From positions 7,535 through 71,534 of the forward strand of contig MU619369.1 in the NCBI GenBank assembly GCA_025201805.1: DNA of 64,000 nt, read 5' to 3'. Numbering within the stretch: the first letter of the stretch is position 1; each line of letters begins with the position of its first letter. The notes under the pieces are model-generated. The model did not search any database, was not told where the DNA came from, and worked only from the letters and a program-made list of their open reading frames with translations. The DNA is from Parasitella parasitica NRRL 2501 (lineage: Eukaryota > Fungi > Mucoromycota). This document shows, one piece after another, positions 1 through 13,312 of this stretch. Made by a program: the position numbers and the translations under genes.

Positions 1-498
1 GTGGTCACTCGCTGGTGCAGAGCATTTGCTAGAAGTCGAGCATTGAGAGATATTGAAGCTTCTCCTCAAGGAAATCTACTAATGCAAGATAAAGTTGATG
101 ATGTGATACCATTTGAGCAACTACAGCATTTATGCCCGATTGAAAAACACAGTGATGCAACCATGCTGAACTCGACATGTGCTATTTGTTTGGAGGACTT
201 TGAGGACGATTACTATATTCGTGTGTTGCCCTGTCATCATGGCTATTGCACTGCCTGTATAGACGTATGGCTAACAAAGAAATCGAGTAAATGTCCTATT
301 TGTAAGTACGATTGCAGAATAACCTTACAAGAGAAAGGTTTACTAGAATCCAGATCAGAGGAAAATTTGACAGTTACAAATGATTCGCCGTTGGTTGCAA
401 ACGCTACAGCCCAAGTGAATATTGCAATGGAAGCTGTTGCTTTGCCTCAGCATAGCGATGATCGAAGCAACCCTACTACAACCAACCACATTTACTAA
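1..498 (+). CDS. 3' part of a RING-finger E3 ubiquitin ligase (ATL/RNF13-like), gene begins before the window
   Basis: CAICLEDFE...RVLPCHHGYCTACIDVWL...KCPIC RING motif; stop at 496-498; similar RING in the next gene. Confidence 0.85.
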   Translation: MVTRWCRAFARSRALRDIEASPQGNLLMQDKVDDVIPFEQLQHLCPIEKHSDATMLNSTCAICLEDFEDDYYIRVLPCHHGYCTACIDVWLTKKSSKCPICKYDCRITLQEKGLLESRSEENLTVTNDSPLVANATAQVNIAMEAVALPQHSDDRSNPTTTNHIY

Positions 499-696
499 TT
501 ATGTACATATATTAATTAACCTGTATTGTCTTACTTTCTACTTGTCTCGGAATTGATATCAAACCGAGCTTCTTTTTTTTTTTTTTTTGGTCTCATGTAA
601 TAAACATTTGTTATCATTTCTACTCCATCCATAGATCAACTCTTTTTTCTCTTTTATTTGTTTGATCTGCATAAATCTTAAAAACAAACATTAGAA

Positions 697-2250
697 ATGC
701 CTAAAATCAGACCTGTTGTAACCTACTCATTAGCCGCAGTCATTGTTGTTTGGGTGATGCTTGGCGCTATCACATTGCCAAATGCTACTCGGTGGTTTAG
801 AGGGTCAGGAAACTTCATAGTAGAAGGTATGGATTGCTGTAAATGCAATGTGCATGTATTAATATGTAAGAAAGACATTATTTTTTTTAATGTTAGTAAG
901 CCAGTTACAATTGGCAATGCTGTTCCGGTCCAATATGCTCAAAAAGAATTCAGAAACAACATCTTTTTGGTTGACAATTCTCCAGAAATTTCCAAGGAAG
1001 GATTACAAGTATAGTGGGTAGCTTGAATGGTCTCTATATATCTAACGTCCAAGTATTGATAAAATAGGGGATCTTGTATAATAGAGGCGAAGCATGCGCT
1101 TTGCATTTTCCAAATGTCTCAACATTTATCACTGACAGCAATATTTCGAAAATCGCTTTAATAGAACAAAGTACTAACTGTTATTTGATTGATAAAATCG
1201 TGAATGCTGAAAGAGATGGGGCCATAGCTGCTATCATATTCGATAACGGAACATCTTCAAATCAGCAATCCATGGTAAATATATTCAATAATTAAAGTAA
1301 CTGGAGAGTGTATGTTGATCCTCTTATTAGGGAGTGATGCCAAAATCTGTAAAGATTCCTACATATTATGTGAGTCAGGATACTGGTATCTCAATGATAA
1401 ATGATCTGGAAAATGCTGCCAAAGCCAAGCAGCAAGAAGGAGCAACTCAGTTCATGATTCGAGTCGATCTGATGCCTCCTAGTAAACCACCACTGGATCA
1501 TTGGCAGTTTGCATTGATTATCATGGGTGCGATGCTCGTTGCCAGTGTTATTTCCATATGTAAGTAGCATCTGTTATGCCAATATTGTATTCAAATATTC
1601 TTCTTTTGCAAGCTGCTTTGCAATGCCACATGTGGCGCATAGCTAGAGAACGGCGCCAAGAAGAGAATGAGACACTAACGCTGGCAGAACAACAGCAGCT
1701 GACAGCCGATGAAAATTACTGGAGAAACATTATTGGACAGCCACCCAGACTTATGCCACAACCACGAGCTAAAAAACAGCGTTTGGAACAAGCGCTTGTG
1801 GATCTATTGCCTACACGTGTATATAAAGACAAGGAGATCGTTGGTGGCGAAGAAAAGGTGGATTGGAGAAAAAACACCTCAGTTAATTCATTAGAGACAG
1901 CATATGAGCCATCCAGCTGTGTTATCTGCTTGGATCCTTTTGAAAATGGTAATACCTTGCGGCGGTTGCCTTGTAACCATGAATATCATCGAGATTGTGT
2001 TGATGTTTGGCTTACAAAAAAATGCGGCTCATGTCCTCTTTGCTTGCATCACATCCAAATCCCAACAGTGCCTGATGAAATTCACGCGCAAGAACTAGCA
2101 GAAGACGATTACTATGACACTGGCGATATAGCTACAACTTGGCAAAGTCTGACTAGAGATGAAGAGGTTTTGCTTCGACAGCATCCTTTTGCTTTCCATC
2201 CCACCCCATCATCAGCTGCATCATTTGGAAATCCTTATCCTCCTGCTTGA
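697..2250 (+). CDS. PA-domain / transmembrane / RING-H2 E3 ubiquitin ligase (RNF13/GRAIL/RMR-like), multi-exon
   Basis: Hydrophobic N-terminus; PA-like KIALIEQ...DKIVNAERDGAIAAIIFDN and KIPTYYVSQDTG; TM segment FALIIMGAMLVASVISI; RING-H2 CVICLDPF...LPCNHEYHRDCVDVWL...CPLC; ORF pieces joined by GT..AG introns. Confidence 0.88.
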
Positions 2251-2552
2251 ATACAGCCATAGTATAATTTTTCTGAACACTCTTTCTCCAAAGCAAAATG
2301 ATTAAAGAAATTTGCGATTTGCAGAACAGGCTATTCTTTATATAAATGACTTGAGTTCTTATAATACTTGCAACATCCTTATAGTGATACTCGGAATGGA
2401 CCTTTACGGACATGCAGTATTATACACAGTACCTTGTGAGCTGATCCTATTTAAACGCATTCATACTTGACGTATGATTCTCAGAACAAGTGTCAAGATT
2501 GGGGATTTCTGTCAACGAGAAAGGTTTATTTTTAAATTGACGATCTATTCTT

Positions 2553-3035
2553 CTAATCTTCACTACCACCCAATGCAGGTAGTGCAGGTAGTGCAGGTAA
2601 AGTTGGAATACCGCCCAAGGTAAATCCTGTAAACGGATCCAAAGCAGGCAATGGAGGAAGCGCTGGTAATTCTGGAAGGCCTGGAGCAGCTGGAGCAGCT
2701 GGAGCAGGAGGGACTGGCAAGGCAATAGGCAAGAATTGTGGAGCAGCTGGGACAGGAAGGCCAGGAAGTCCTGGAGGCGTTGGAAAAGCAATGCAAGAAA
2801 AATCGGGCGTGAGCGATGGAGGAGATGATTTGGCGGCGCAAGCGGGATCCATTGACCCAGGAGCACAATTTACTGGTGATGCTGGTGGTGCTGGTGCTGG
2901 TCCTGAGGCTGGGGCACCTGGGGCAGGTTGTGTTCCTGGAGGACATCTTTTCACCAACACTGGAGCTGCTGATGCTTGATGGAAGGTAGCTAAGATAGCC
3001 AGGCAGTATACAGATAAATAGATAGATACTTGCAT
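2553..3035 (-). CDS. Secreted proline-rich pre-pro-protein 1 (160 aa)
   Basis: ATG at 3035; signal peptide MQVSIYLSVYCLAILATFHQASA; APVLVKR Kex2-type site; 4 Cys in the mature part; LPX repeats; ends LGGSED; TATATAAA at 3093-3100. Confidence 0.85.
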   Translation of the reverse strand: MQVSIYLSVYCLAILATFHQASAAPVLVKRCPPGTQPAPGAPASGPAPAPPASPVNCAPGSMDPACAAKSSPPSLTPDFSCIAFPTPPGLPGLPVPAAPQFLPIALPVPPAPAAPAAPGLPELPALPPLPALDPFTGFTLGGIPTLPALPALPALGGSED

Positions 3036-3847
3036 TTTCTTGATATATTTAGTTGTAAAAAAAACAAAGATATTTGGTAATAAAAAGGTCTTTTTATATA
3101 CAAAACATACAATATGTGTACAGTCTCTTATCGTCAGTGGGTGTAATGGAAATATTATACATTGCATTAACAGAAACAAATACAACTTTCTGACCAAAGA
3201 GCAATATTCAATGTACAATATTCTGTGCAGAACTAACACTTGTATACCAATTGTTGATGGAGAGGCGTTGTGACATAATAACCGCTCAGTTCATCGTAAC
3301 GAAACTGAGGGCGATCATTTTTGTCTTTGACTTTCACATGCTGTTGATCTCTTATTTATTTTTATCATACTCTACAATTACTGGCTCGTGTCACTTTTGC
3401 TGGATTCTCTTGGCAGCAAAATAATACTATAGCACAAATCTGTATATTCGTCTTGCATATTTGAAATGCAAGCTACACTAAAATAAATTGTCGATCCATA
3501 CAAATACTGCAGCAGTAATCATTTAAGTCTCCTCATTTCTGCTCAAGGATGTAGTGATTTCTAAACCTACCAAACGCCGAGAAGTAGCGTATAGATACAT
3601 TATATAGAGGGAAAAAAAGGTAATGGTCCCCTGTGTGATTCTTATCTTTGGAATATTCTTTGTTCATTTAGGCGTACATGATACATAAACTAAAAAAAGG
3701 TTGCTCAAAGGCACTCCCTGAAGGTACGTTTTCACAGCGACAAACTGTTCCACATGGACGATAAATGTTGGTATTCTAAATTTATAGTTTTTATGTGGTT
3801 TTTGCATCATTTTATTAAACTTGTTTGTAAATTAAAAATAATTATGT

Positions 3848-4249
3848 TTAGGCTTCGTCTTCGTCTTCTTCCTCTTCATCTTCTTCGTCCGTCTTTTTGG
3901 GCTTTGGAGCAGGAGCTGGAGCATATTGAGGTGGATAGGGCGAAGGTGGACCAGGAGCAGCGTAAACTGGAGCAGCAGGAGCAGCAGCGGCTCCAGGTAA
4001 TGCTGGAACTGCTGGGACCTTAACAGCTGTTAATGATGCCAATAATGGTGAAAGCACAGTGCTGGGATCAACATTTGGTAAAGTAGGAAGAGTTGCGGCT
4101 TGTCTTTTGTTGAAATCCATTCGACGTTTATTAGAAATCACTGATCTTTTGCCACCGTTGGCTATCACAGTTTTACACAGAGCTTCTTGTACTAATGTGG
4201 TGTAGATGGCTACAACCACTAAGAAAGTAATAGTCTTCAAGCTCAACAT
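3848..4249 (-). CDS. Secreted proline/alanine-rich pre-pro-protein 2 (133 aa)
   Basis: Signal peptide; three KR sites (GGKR, NKRR, FNKR|Q); Pro/Ala-rich body; strongly acidic tail DEEDEEEEDEDEA; TATAAATA at 4345-4352. Confidence 0.85.
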   Translation of the reverse strand: MLSLKTITFLVVVAIYTTLVQEALCKTVIANGGKRSVISNKRRMDFNKRQAATLPTLPNVDPSTVLSPLLASLTAVKVPAVPALPGAAAAPAAPVYAAPGPPSPYPPQYAPAPAPKPKKTDEEDEEEEDEDEA

Positions 4250-4937
4250 TATATATATGTTCTAGTAAATATGTGTATGTAATGTGTTAGTTAAGTATAT
4301 GGAGATGAAAGGTAATGCAATCTTTAAAACGCAATGTGTGCTTATATTTATACTTAGAAATCCGTATTCAGCCAAACAAACGGGGTAGATCTCGAGCTAA
4401 TGCTGCTTTCCTACTCCGTTGTCTGCAGTTTTCTTTATTAAAACACTGCCAAGATTAGAGCAGCATGATGCATGAAGATCGTTTTTTTTTTTTTTTTTTT
4501 TTCATATGCTGATAACCCGTTTTTGAGTACCACATTCTTTTATTTCTCTTAGCATTAATATATGCATATCTGATGTTATCTTCGACACATCTCGTACACT
4601 TTGACGGTGACTACAGACAAAACGCAAGGAGTCCACCATAAGTGCAAGTATTTGGGTGCCAAACCCATATGCGTAAGGAAACTGATTGATACGAAGTGGT
4701 CTAACACGGCAGTATCACCCAGCGTGGATGTTTTAACAGAAATGACCGAGGTAAAGCACTTAACGATATTTCATATTCACATTTACCAAATGACATACAT
4801 TATTGTATTATTTTTAAAATTTTTTATTTATTTATTTTGAGCATCTATATATAATTGGATAGTAATAGTAATAAAAAAATAAACTCTGTATTTTGATGAT
4901 ACAAATGAAATGAAGTTTTTAATATTGGCTAATGATC

Positions 4938-5423
4938 TTAATCTTTTTCACCACCACCACCTAACAGGCCAGCAACAGTGGTTGAAGCATCGGGGATGGT
5001 AGGAAGCACAGGAAGTTCTGGGAGTCCTGGAACACCTGGAAGTGCTGGCAATGTTGCAGGAAGGGCAGTTGAGAGGTCAGGAAGTACTGGTGCTGCTGGA
5101 ACGGGCACACCTGGTAAACCAGGAAGAGGTACAGCAGGAGCGGCAGGTGGAGCTGGGAGAGGTGGAATTACGACTCCGGGAACTGCTGGAGCAGTGTATG
5201 GAGGAGGAGGGGGAGGAGGACATGCTGGATCTTGGGGATTTGCTGGGTTGGGGCAAGTTTTTTGTCCAGGAGGAGGAGGAGGAGGGCCAGCAGCAGCATT
5301 TTGACGGCTTTGAAGCTTTCTTAAGATACGTTTATCTTTGATTTCTCCTTGAGCAGAGACTTGCAGCAAACATGCGAGGGTTGCAACGATGGCAAAAAGA
5401 GTGTATGTGAGAGCAGAGCGCAT
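4938..5423 (-). CDS. Secreted proline-rich pre-pro-protein 3 (161 aa)
   Basis: ATG at 5423; signal peptide; basic propeptide KDKRILRKLQSR|Q; polyPro runs flanking CPNPANPQDPAC; LPX repeats; ends LLGGGGEKD; TATATAAA at 5503-5510. Confidence 0.87.
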   Translation of the reverse strand: MRSALTYTLFAIVATLACLLQVSAQGEIKDKRILRKLQSRQNAAAGPPPPPPGQKTCPNPANPQDPACPPPPPPPYTAPAVPGVVIPPLPAPPAAPAVPLPGLPGVPVPAAPVLPDLSTALPATLPALPGVPGLPELPVLPTIPDASTTVAGLLGGGGEKD

Positions 5424-6236
5424 CTTGTATCTTTGAATTTGAAAGTAAGAAAGATGGAAAGAAAGGAAGAAAAAAAACAATAAACGAAAAGAAGGTTGAG
5501 GGTTTATATAAGATTACCAGGCGTTTTCATATGAGAGGTGCGTACGTCGTCATTTAACGCTAAATGCATGTCAAATTCTTTGTTCCCCCATTTTCAAAAG
5601 CATTGACTTGTTTCTCGGCCTTCTGGCTGTATTTCTCCTTTATATACCATACATATATTTACATCGAATGAAAAAAAAAGGGGTCGTGATGTTATGAGAC
5701 GTAGTTCTGGGTCGTTTTCGTCTTGGAACACAAACGTTAATAGTCTCATTTTTCGAAACCAACATTATATCGATTCGAAAAAAACATTTATTCGCAAGTG
5801 CATATATCGTATGGATTAGCTTCTTGACTGTCAAGTAACTCTGCCTTGCATGTCTATTTGTATGTAGCAAACAAGTAGCAGAAAGTTGTTGCAAGGAGCT
5901 GGATCCACTGCTTTGGTCATGAGCCCTTTTTTCGTCTATATCTATAATATATCCAGGTATTTGTTTGCCACTGCGCATCATATCAACGGAGATCCTTACG
6001 GGATGGCTAGATAGAAATATATTTATATGTAAATCAAAAACACAAGGTAGATCATATTTGATAAGGGGGGTGTTTAGATTTTTATGCATCTCGCCCCTGA
6101 GATTATCGGCTGTGGATCATTTTGATGGTTTTGTATGGTGTCAATTGTATGCAGTAGGCTTAAAAACAAAATTTTCATCTTTATTTCAAAAACAAAAAAA
6201 GAAAATAACAAAAAATTGATGCTGCATAGACATACT

Positions 6237-6617
6237 TTAATCTTCATCTTCCTCATCATCTTCACCGCCGCTTGGTTTACCACCAAGATTCGGAAGAGCA
6301 GGCGCTTTGGGTAGTGTTGGCACAGCTGGGACTGGAGCAGTTGGAATTGCAGGTAACTGAGGAAGTGCCAGGATAGGGAGAGCTGGCAAACCTGGTATAG
6401 CTGGTAAACCTGATGGTGGTGGTGGTGGTGGTGGTGGGCCTCTTGGATCATAGCCACTGGCAAAATATTCCCGGTGATGTCTTCCCCTCTTGATTAGCTT
6501 TGATTTTGAAAGATGCATCTTTGTACGACTTGTGCCAGCTGCTGAAACATAATGCAGCGAGGAGAACAACAGTAGGCTAACAAGGGCCATCGTTGAAAAT
6601 AAAGAAAGGATTTGCAT
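6237..6617 (-). CDS. Secreted proline-rich pre-pro-protein 4 (126 aa)
   Basis: ATG at 6617; signal peptide; propeptide ...SKSKLIKR; P8 run then LPX/IPX repeats; ends LGGKPSGGEDDEEDED; TATATAAA at 6675-6682. Confidence 0.85.
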   Translation of the reverse strand: MQILSLFSTMALVSLLLFSSLHYVSAAGTSRTKMHLSKSKLIKRGRHHREYFASGYDPRGPPPPPPPPSGLPAIPGLPALPILALPQLPAIPTAPVPAVPTLPKAPALPNLGGKPSGGEDDEEDED

Positions 6618-7319
6618 GTTTGTACAAGTATTATTTGTTTGTAGATATCGAAAAAATAAACGAAAAGTTTCATTTTTATATACCTTGACAGAAATTGGTT
6701 TCTGGATTGTGGAATGAATAAATAGACTGTATATATTGATTGAAAAATTACTAATGAAATAATATAATACACCCTGTCCATGTATTTCATCTCCTTGGAT
6801 ACAATGGGTGCTCCTAATTTCTGTATGATCTTCTGTGTTTATCATTTTTTCATTATGACACAATTCTTGCTCAATATTCAGGGGATTGACACTATTGTAT
6901 ACATCATACAGAAATTTTTTATTTGATAAACATTAATTATTATTAAATTCTTCTAGGCTTTTTTTTTTTTAATTTATAGCATAATATACAACTTTTGTTC
7001 CACGTGCTGCTTTTAAATCAAATATGGTCGGTTTTCGCCATACAGTATACCAAGATTAGGTTCTGTTATTTTTAATATGTATCCCTCGTCTGGCATTGTC
7101 TATTTATACACCCACCGACTCGAGATAGCACTTATTTAAACGCATATGTATGCATATTCACGGAAAAAGAGCAGTAATGAAGGGATATATAGAAAAGATC
7201 GACAATCAAGTGTAAGCCCATCATGAGATGGAAAATTAATTTATTGTTGTAATTTGGAAACATCATATACAAAAACTGCTTTTACAATGGATTTGGATTG
7301 CTATATACGCCTAACAGTT

Positions 7320-7538
7320 TTAGTCATCATCAGGAGGTTGCCCACCAAGCAAGTTTGGAGGAATAACACTAGCGAAAGCTGGGAGCTCGGGAAGAACAAA
7401 GCCTCGGGCAGCACCACCAATTTGAGATTCTTGCTGTCTGTCTGCTGAGTCTTCTCTTTTTGCGATAATCGATGCAGTAGGAGCTGCATAAAACAGTGGA
7501 AGAGCGCAAACAAAAAAAACGATTAAAAGCTTGATCAT
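7320..7538 (-). CDS. Small secreted pre-pro-protein 5 (72 aa)
   Basis: Signal peptide MIKLLIVFFVCALPLFYA; SIIAKR|E; LPELPA; ends LLGGQPPDDD like its neighbours; TATAAAAG at 7615-7622. Confidence 0.8.
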   Translation of the reverse strand: MIKLLIVFFVCALPLFYAAPTASIIAKREDSADRQQESQIGGAARGFVLPELPAFASVIPPNLLGGQPPDDD

Positions 7539-8520
7539 AATTACTTCTTTTTCTTGAGCAGATACTATATCCTTGAAAAATATATGTGAAAAAAGAATGT
7601 TTTGTACAAAGATGCTTTTATACTGTCTTTCGAATAGGGTTTTTCAGGAGAAAAAGAGAGAGTAAGATACACAATACATTTAGATATGCATGAATTTAGC
7701 TCTTCTCCCTAAAATACGAATGTATTTCTACATATGCTGAATTGAACAAGTTATGCTATGTACAGTAATGTTTTCTTTGTGATGAATACATTATAGCAAA
7801 ACCTCGGTTGGTATTATTATGTGTTAGTAGGTTACTAATATACATTTCATTGATTCTCACTGACATACATATTATGTGCAGGGTAAATAGAGTCTGTACT
7901 AGTCTTTTTGCATCCAAATGGTGTGCTTTGCAAACGCACAGAAATTTTTTTCAGATAAAAGTCTATAGTTTGCATAGTTATTACCTAAAATAGCGATTAT
8001 GCATATATCTTGAATACTTTCGATTATTATAGTCAAAATTTACATTCTTGAGGTCAGATTTGACAAGGTGTGTGTGTTTTCAATCCAGCTCACCCCAAAT
8101 GTAAATTAAATTAAGCCCGCGGGTGATTAAGAAGCCACGGCATCTATTTAGTGAATAATAAAATAGCATTTTATTATGTGTAAGTGTTCACTTTCTTTCA
8201 AGACAGCCAAAAAATAATACTCCAAAGATGTAAATGTCGCAAAAAAAAAATGCGTTTGCAATCGGACAAAACAAATGGTAAATGCGTATTCAAAAGGTAT
8301 TTTTATTTATGAACATACACTGCAATGAAATAGAATGTAGTGCTATTACATCCTCAAGCTGCAATTTCGTGGCGGTGTCAACGGAATGACTTGGTTTTTA
8401 AGTGCATCGATTTGTAGTTTATGTGGGAATTCAGCCAACCAAAGGCTACTTTTTTGAATTAAAAACAAGCTTCGTGTCTCTTTTTCACTTTTCTTTTATT
8501 TTCCAAAACATAAAACAACA

Positions 8521-9966
<1,446 letters not shown>

Positions 9967-10113
9967 GTTGTAATAAAATGAATAGAGGTGTGTTGCCATG
10001 CTGTTACATGGAAATTTCATGCACACGTGATAAAATAAAATGCAGCTTGTAATCAACTTGATCTTTTCCTCTTTTTTTTTTCGTTTTTTCTCCATACAAC
10101 TTCATCAACCAAG

Positions 10114-13100
10114 ATGTCCGAAAAACGTAGCATAAAGACCAACAATGGCGACGAGAAGAGTAGTAGTGTACTTTCAAGACCGCCTCTGAAAAAGAGGTTC
10201 GTGTTAGGATCCGGTACAACATCGACCGTTAGAGATCCGCACCCACCAAAAAGACAGGCGTTTGCTAATGTAGGAAACACCCAGATTAATCCCCTATGAT
10301 TTGATCCGTATTCATCAAACTACCATAGAAATTGCCTGATAATCTGTCAAAGAAAGAGCTGCTGGAACACATGTATTCAGTCAAAGTAAAACCACTGACC
10401 CCAAGTATTGACCGAAACTTAACCACGTATGAAATGTAGAATGCTTACATTCAAGAAAAGCAATACTTGGGCCAATTGAAAGATAATGCCGCTGAAGCAA
10501 ATGCGCTATATGGCGCTATTAGGTTACAATTTACGATGGTAAGGATATTTTATTTTCTGATCTGTTGAACAAATCGCGAGAAAATGCAGGAAACTTACCA
10601 CTACTTTCATTGCCATAATCACTACTATGGCTGTTGAAGCTCCGCGATGAACTTGCTGCATTTCCTGCGATTGGCAACTTACCAGGTATTATATCATCAG
10701 CATGCAGTCTTGACAATGTTGACGTTTTAGTACAATCACATAGGCGAGAGTGAAAATAGCAGCATAGCGAATCAATTGAAGCAGGTGTGCTTAAAAATCA
10801 CTGAGAAAATCCAAAGTTGGAACGCACAAACGAATCAATTGATGTCGGCCGAATTTCAAAGCGCAGGTAGATTGAGCAAAGTGAAGTTTGGCAATATTTT
10901 TCCAGGTTTTTTTTTTTAAAAAAAAAAAAAAAATGCATGTAGATTTGGAGAAGCAAGGCCAGACCTTGTCAAACTATATTCGATTTGATATGGAGCAGCT
11001 TGTAGCTTCGGATCCTGGGACCACCGTCAATTCTCTCAGACAAGCAAACGAAACGAAATTGAGTCTCATAGCAAAGACCACGAGCGACATTAAATCTACT
11101 CTTGGCCACCTTGAGAAATCAAACGATTTACTTGAAAATTGTGTACAGTCTATTGCTTCCATTGAAAAGCGTCAAGATCGACTGCAAAGCGATGTGGTCG
11201 CCTCTGCACTTGGCTCCCTATCGACATCCACACCTGTCGGCGACAAAGAAGTAGACATGACAGAACAACCAGATGAACTACCGCAACGCACTCAAATGGA
11301 CAAGCTAATTGAATGTCAACAGCTATTGGCATCTCGTAACCAAGAACTGGCCCAAAATCAGCAGGACAGAGAAGAGCTACATTCTAGACTTGATGATCTT
11401 CTGGATAGATTAGCAAGACTAAGCAGCGATTACATCAAATATAATTCAATTTATGTCAATCATTTGCAATTTATGGATGAATTAGAGTGCAATCTGGCAG
11501 ATTACTACGAGCAAAGGAGGATCCATTTACTGAAAGAAGAGGACATTTTCTCAAGAGAAAGGGAACAATTGGTTAACCAACAAAAGTCTGAAATGGCGTC
11601 AAGAGAGGCCATGTTCGCAAATGAAACAAAACGCTTACAAGAAACCTTAACCCGGATTCGTCATAATCGTGATGAGCTGCAACACGTTTTCCAAAGACGC
11701 GTGATGGAAGAAAAGGAAGCGAGGGCGTACAATGACCAAATAATAAAGGTCGCCGACGAACAGCAGGTACGTGGAAAATATGCATATTTTGTGTTGCCAT
11801 AGAGATTATATATACAGACGGTGGTTGTGACCAATGTGCTATTTTAGAGCCGCATGGTTGAATTGGAACAAGATGTATTACACAAGCGCCAAGCAATGGA
11901 CACGGAGACATTACTGCCAGACGATTATCTAAACTATCGTAAGTTGAAACTGCAGATAGAGTAAGTTTTAATTTACTGGCGAATGTGTCTTATCAGAGCG
12001 AAGCATATTATTTATTATTACTTGCAGGAAAACACATGGCATCTTGCATGGTTTACGGCAGCACAAACAAGTAAATAATGCCCAGCGTGTTATGGATTCG
12101 CCACTCATGGACATATTAAATTTACTCATCCTACACAGACAGCAGCTAGAATTGCTGATTCTTTTTTACGAAAACGTTGGTGTGCTTGGTTTGGCATACA
12201 AAACAGGAGAAAACTTACACGCGCGGTTTATTTTTAGACTGAATTGGACCTTTATGCCCAAATGGATTACGACGGCAGCGCCATTGAACGCCGAATACCC
12301 CTTATACAACGTCAGATCAATGATAAAAGAGCCCACCAACAAAAGCTGCAGGCAGAGATAAGCAAATTTGTATCCTCAAATGCAAAGCTGGCAGACAAAA
12401 AGCATGAAAATGACATACAGTACGCACAGCACCGACATCAAACCCAATTGCATGAGAAATCCATCTCGCATTTAGATGAGAAAATAGCATCAATCGAAGC
12501 CGAAATCGTGAGTTTATGCTTTCTTTTGTTTCTGAAAACCAAAACAAAAAAAAAAGCTCCAATGATTCATATATCGTGAATATAGATGGAAAAGGAGAAG
12601 GACCTTGGACAATTAGAGACCAATGTGGAACATTACAGATTGACATTTGATGATATTTCTCAGGAGAGCAATGAGCTACAATCGAATTATGAGAAATACG
12701 AATCGCATTTGAGCCAGCTGCTAGATATGGCAAAGGAAAAAAACAAGATTTTAGAGCAGGAAACGCTGCTCGTCCAGCAAGCCAAGAGCGAGCATGAAAA
12801 GTTTCTGAAAAGATGGAATTTGATCCAGCAAGGCGAAAATCCAGCGTCGCAAGAGTTAATTGATGAAGTGGAGGAGCTTCGGGTACGTTTTGATGGTTGC
12901 ACATAGACGACGTCGCATTTACCAAAAGTCAACAGGCACACTTTAAATGCAGTGCTTGCAAGACTCGCACCAGGGAATGTATTTTGACTAGCTGTATGCA
13001 TACATTCTGCAATGAGTGTATAAGAATTCGATTGGAAACCAGACAGCGAAGATGCCCCTCTTGCGCGATTACCTTTGGAGCCTCTGATGTCAAGGGTATT

Positions 13101-13118
13101 TGTTTGTATGGCAAATAA
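10114..13118 (+). CDS. BRE1: BRE1-like E3 ubiquitin ligase (long coiled coil plus C-terminal C3HC4 RING), multi-exon
   Basis: N-terminal PPLKKRF, extensive coiled-coil exons, terminal CSAC...CMHTFCNECIRIRLETRQRRCPSCAITFGASDV typical of Bre1. Confidence 0.82.
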
Positions 13119-13312
13119 AATAATATGACCCCCTCCTTTTTTCATCTTAGACAAAACCAATGATGATGAAAACAAAAATTCCTTCTCGAGTGCCTGAACA
13201 CCTCCTTAATAGTTTGTGTAATTTTATGCACTAAAAACATATATAAATGGCCAAGTTCCTTTCTCGTTTTTTTAACTGCCCTTTTTCTGGATAATCATAT
13301 TAAATTCTAAAA

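Noticed and set aside
2447-6463. Overlapping alternative-frame and antisense ORFs (Gly-rich, Leu/Gln-rich, poly-His) over the Pro-rich genes
   Set aside because: Shadows of GC-rich repetitive codons; they lack signal peptides and TATA context
4460-8010. ATGCAT palindromes upstream of several secreted genes as a shared regulatory motif
   Set aside because: The same hexamer occurs frequently in introns and other intergenic DNA here; no evident enrichment
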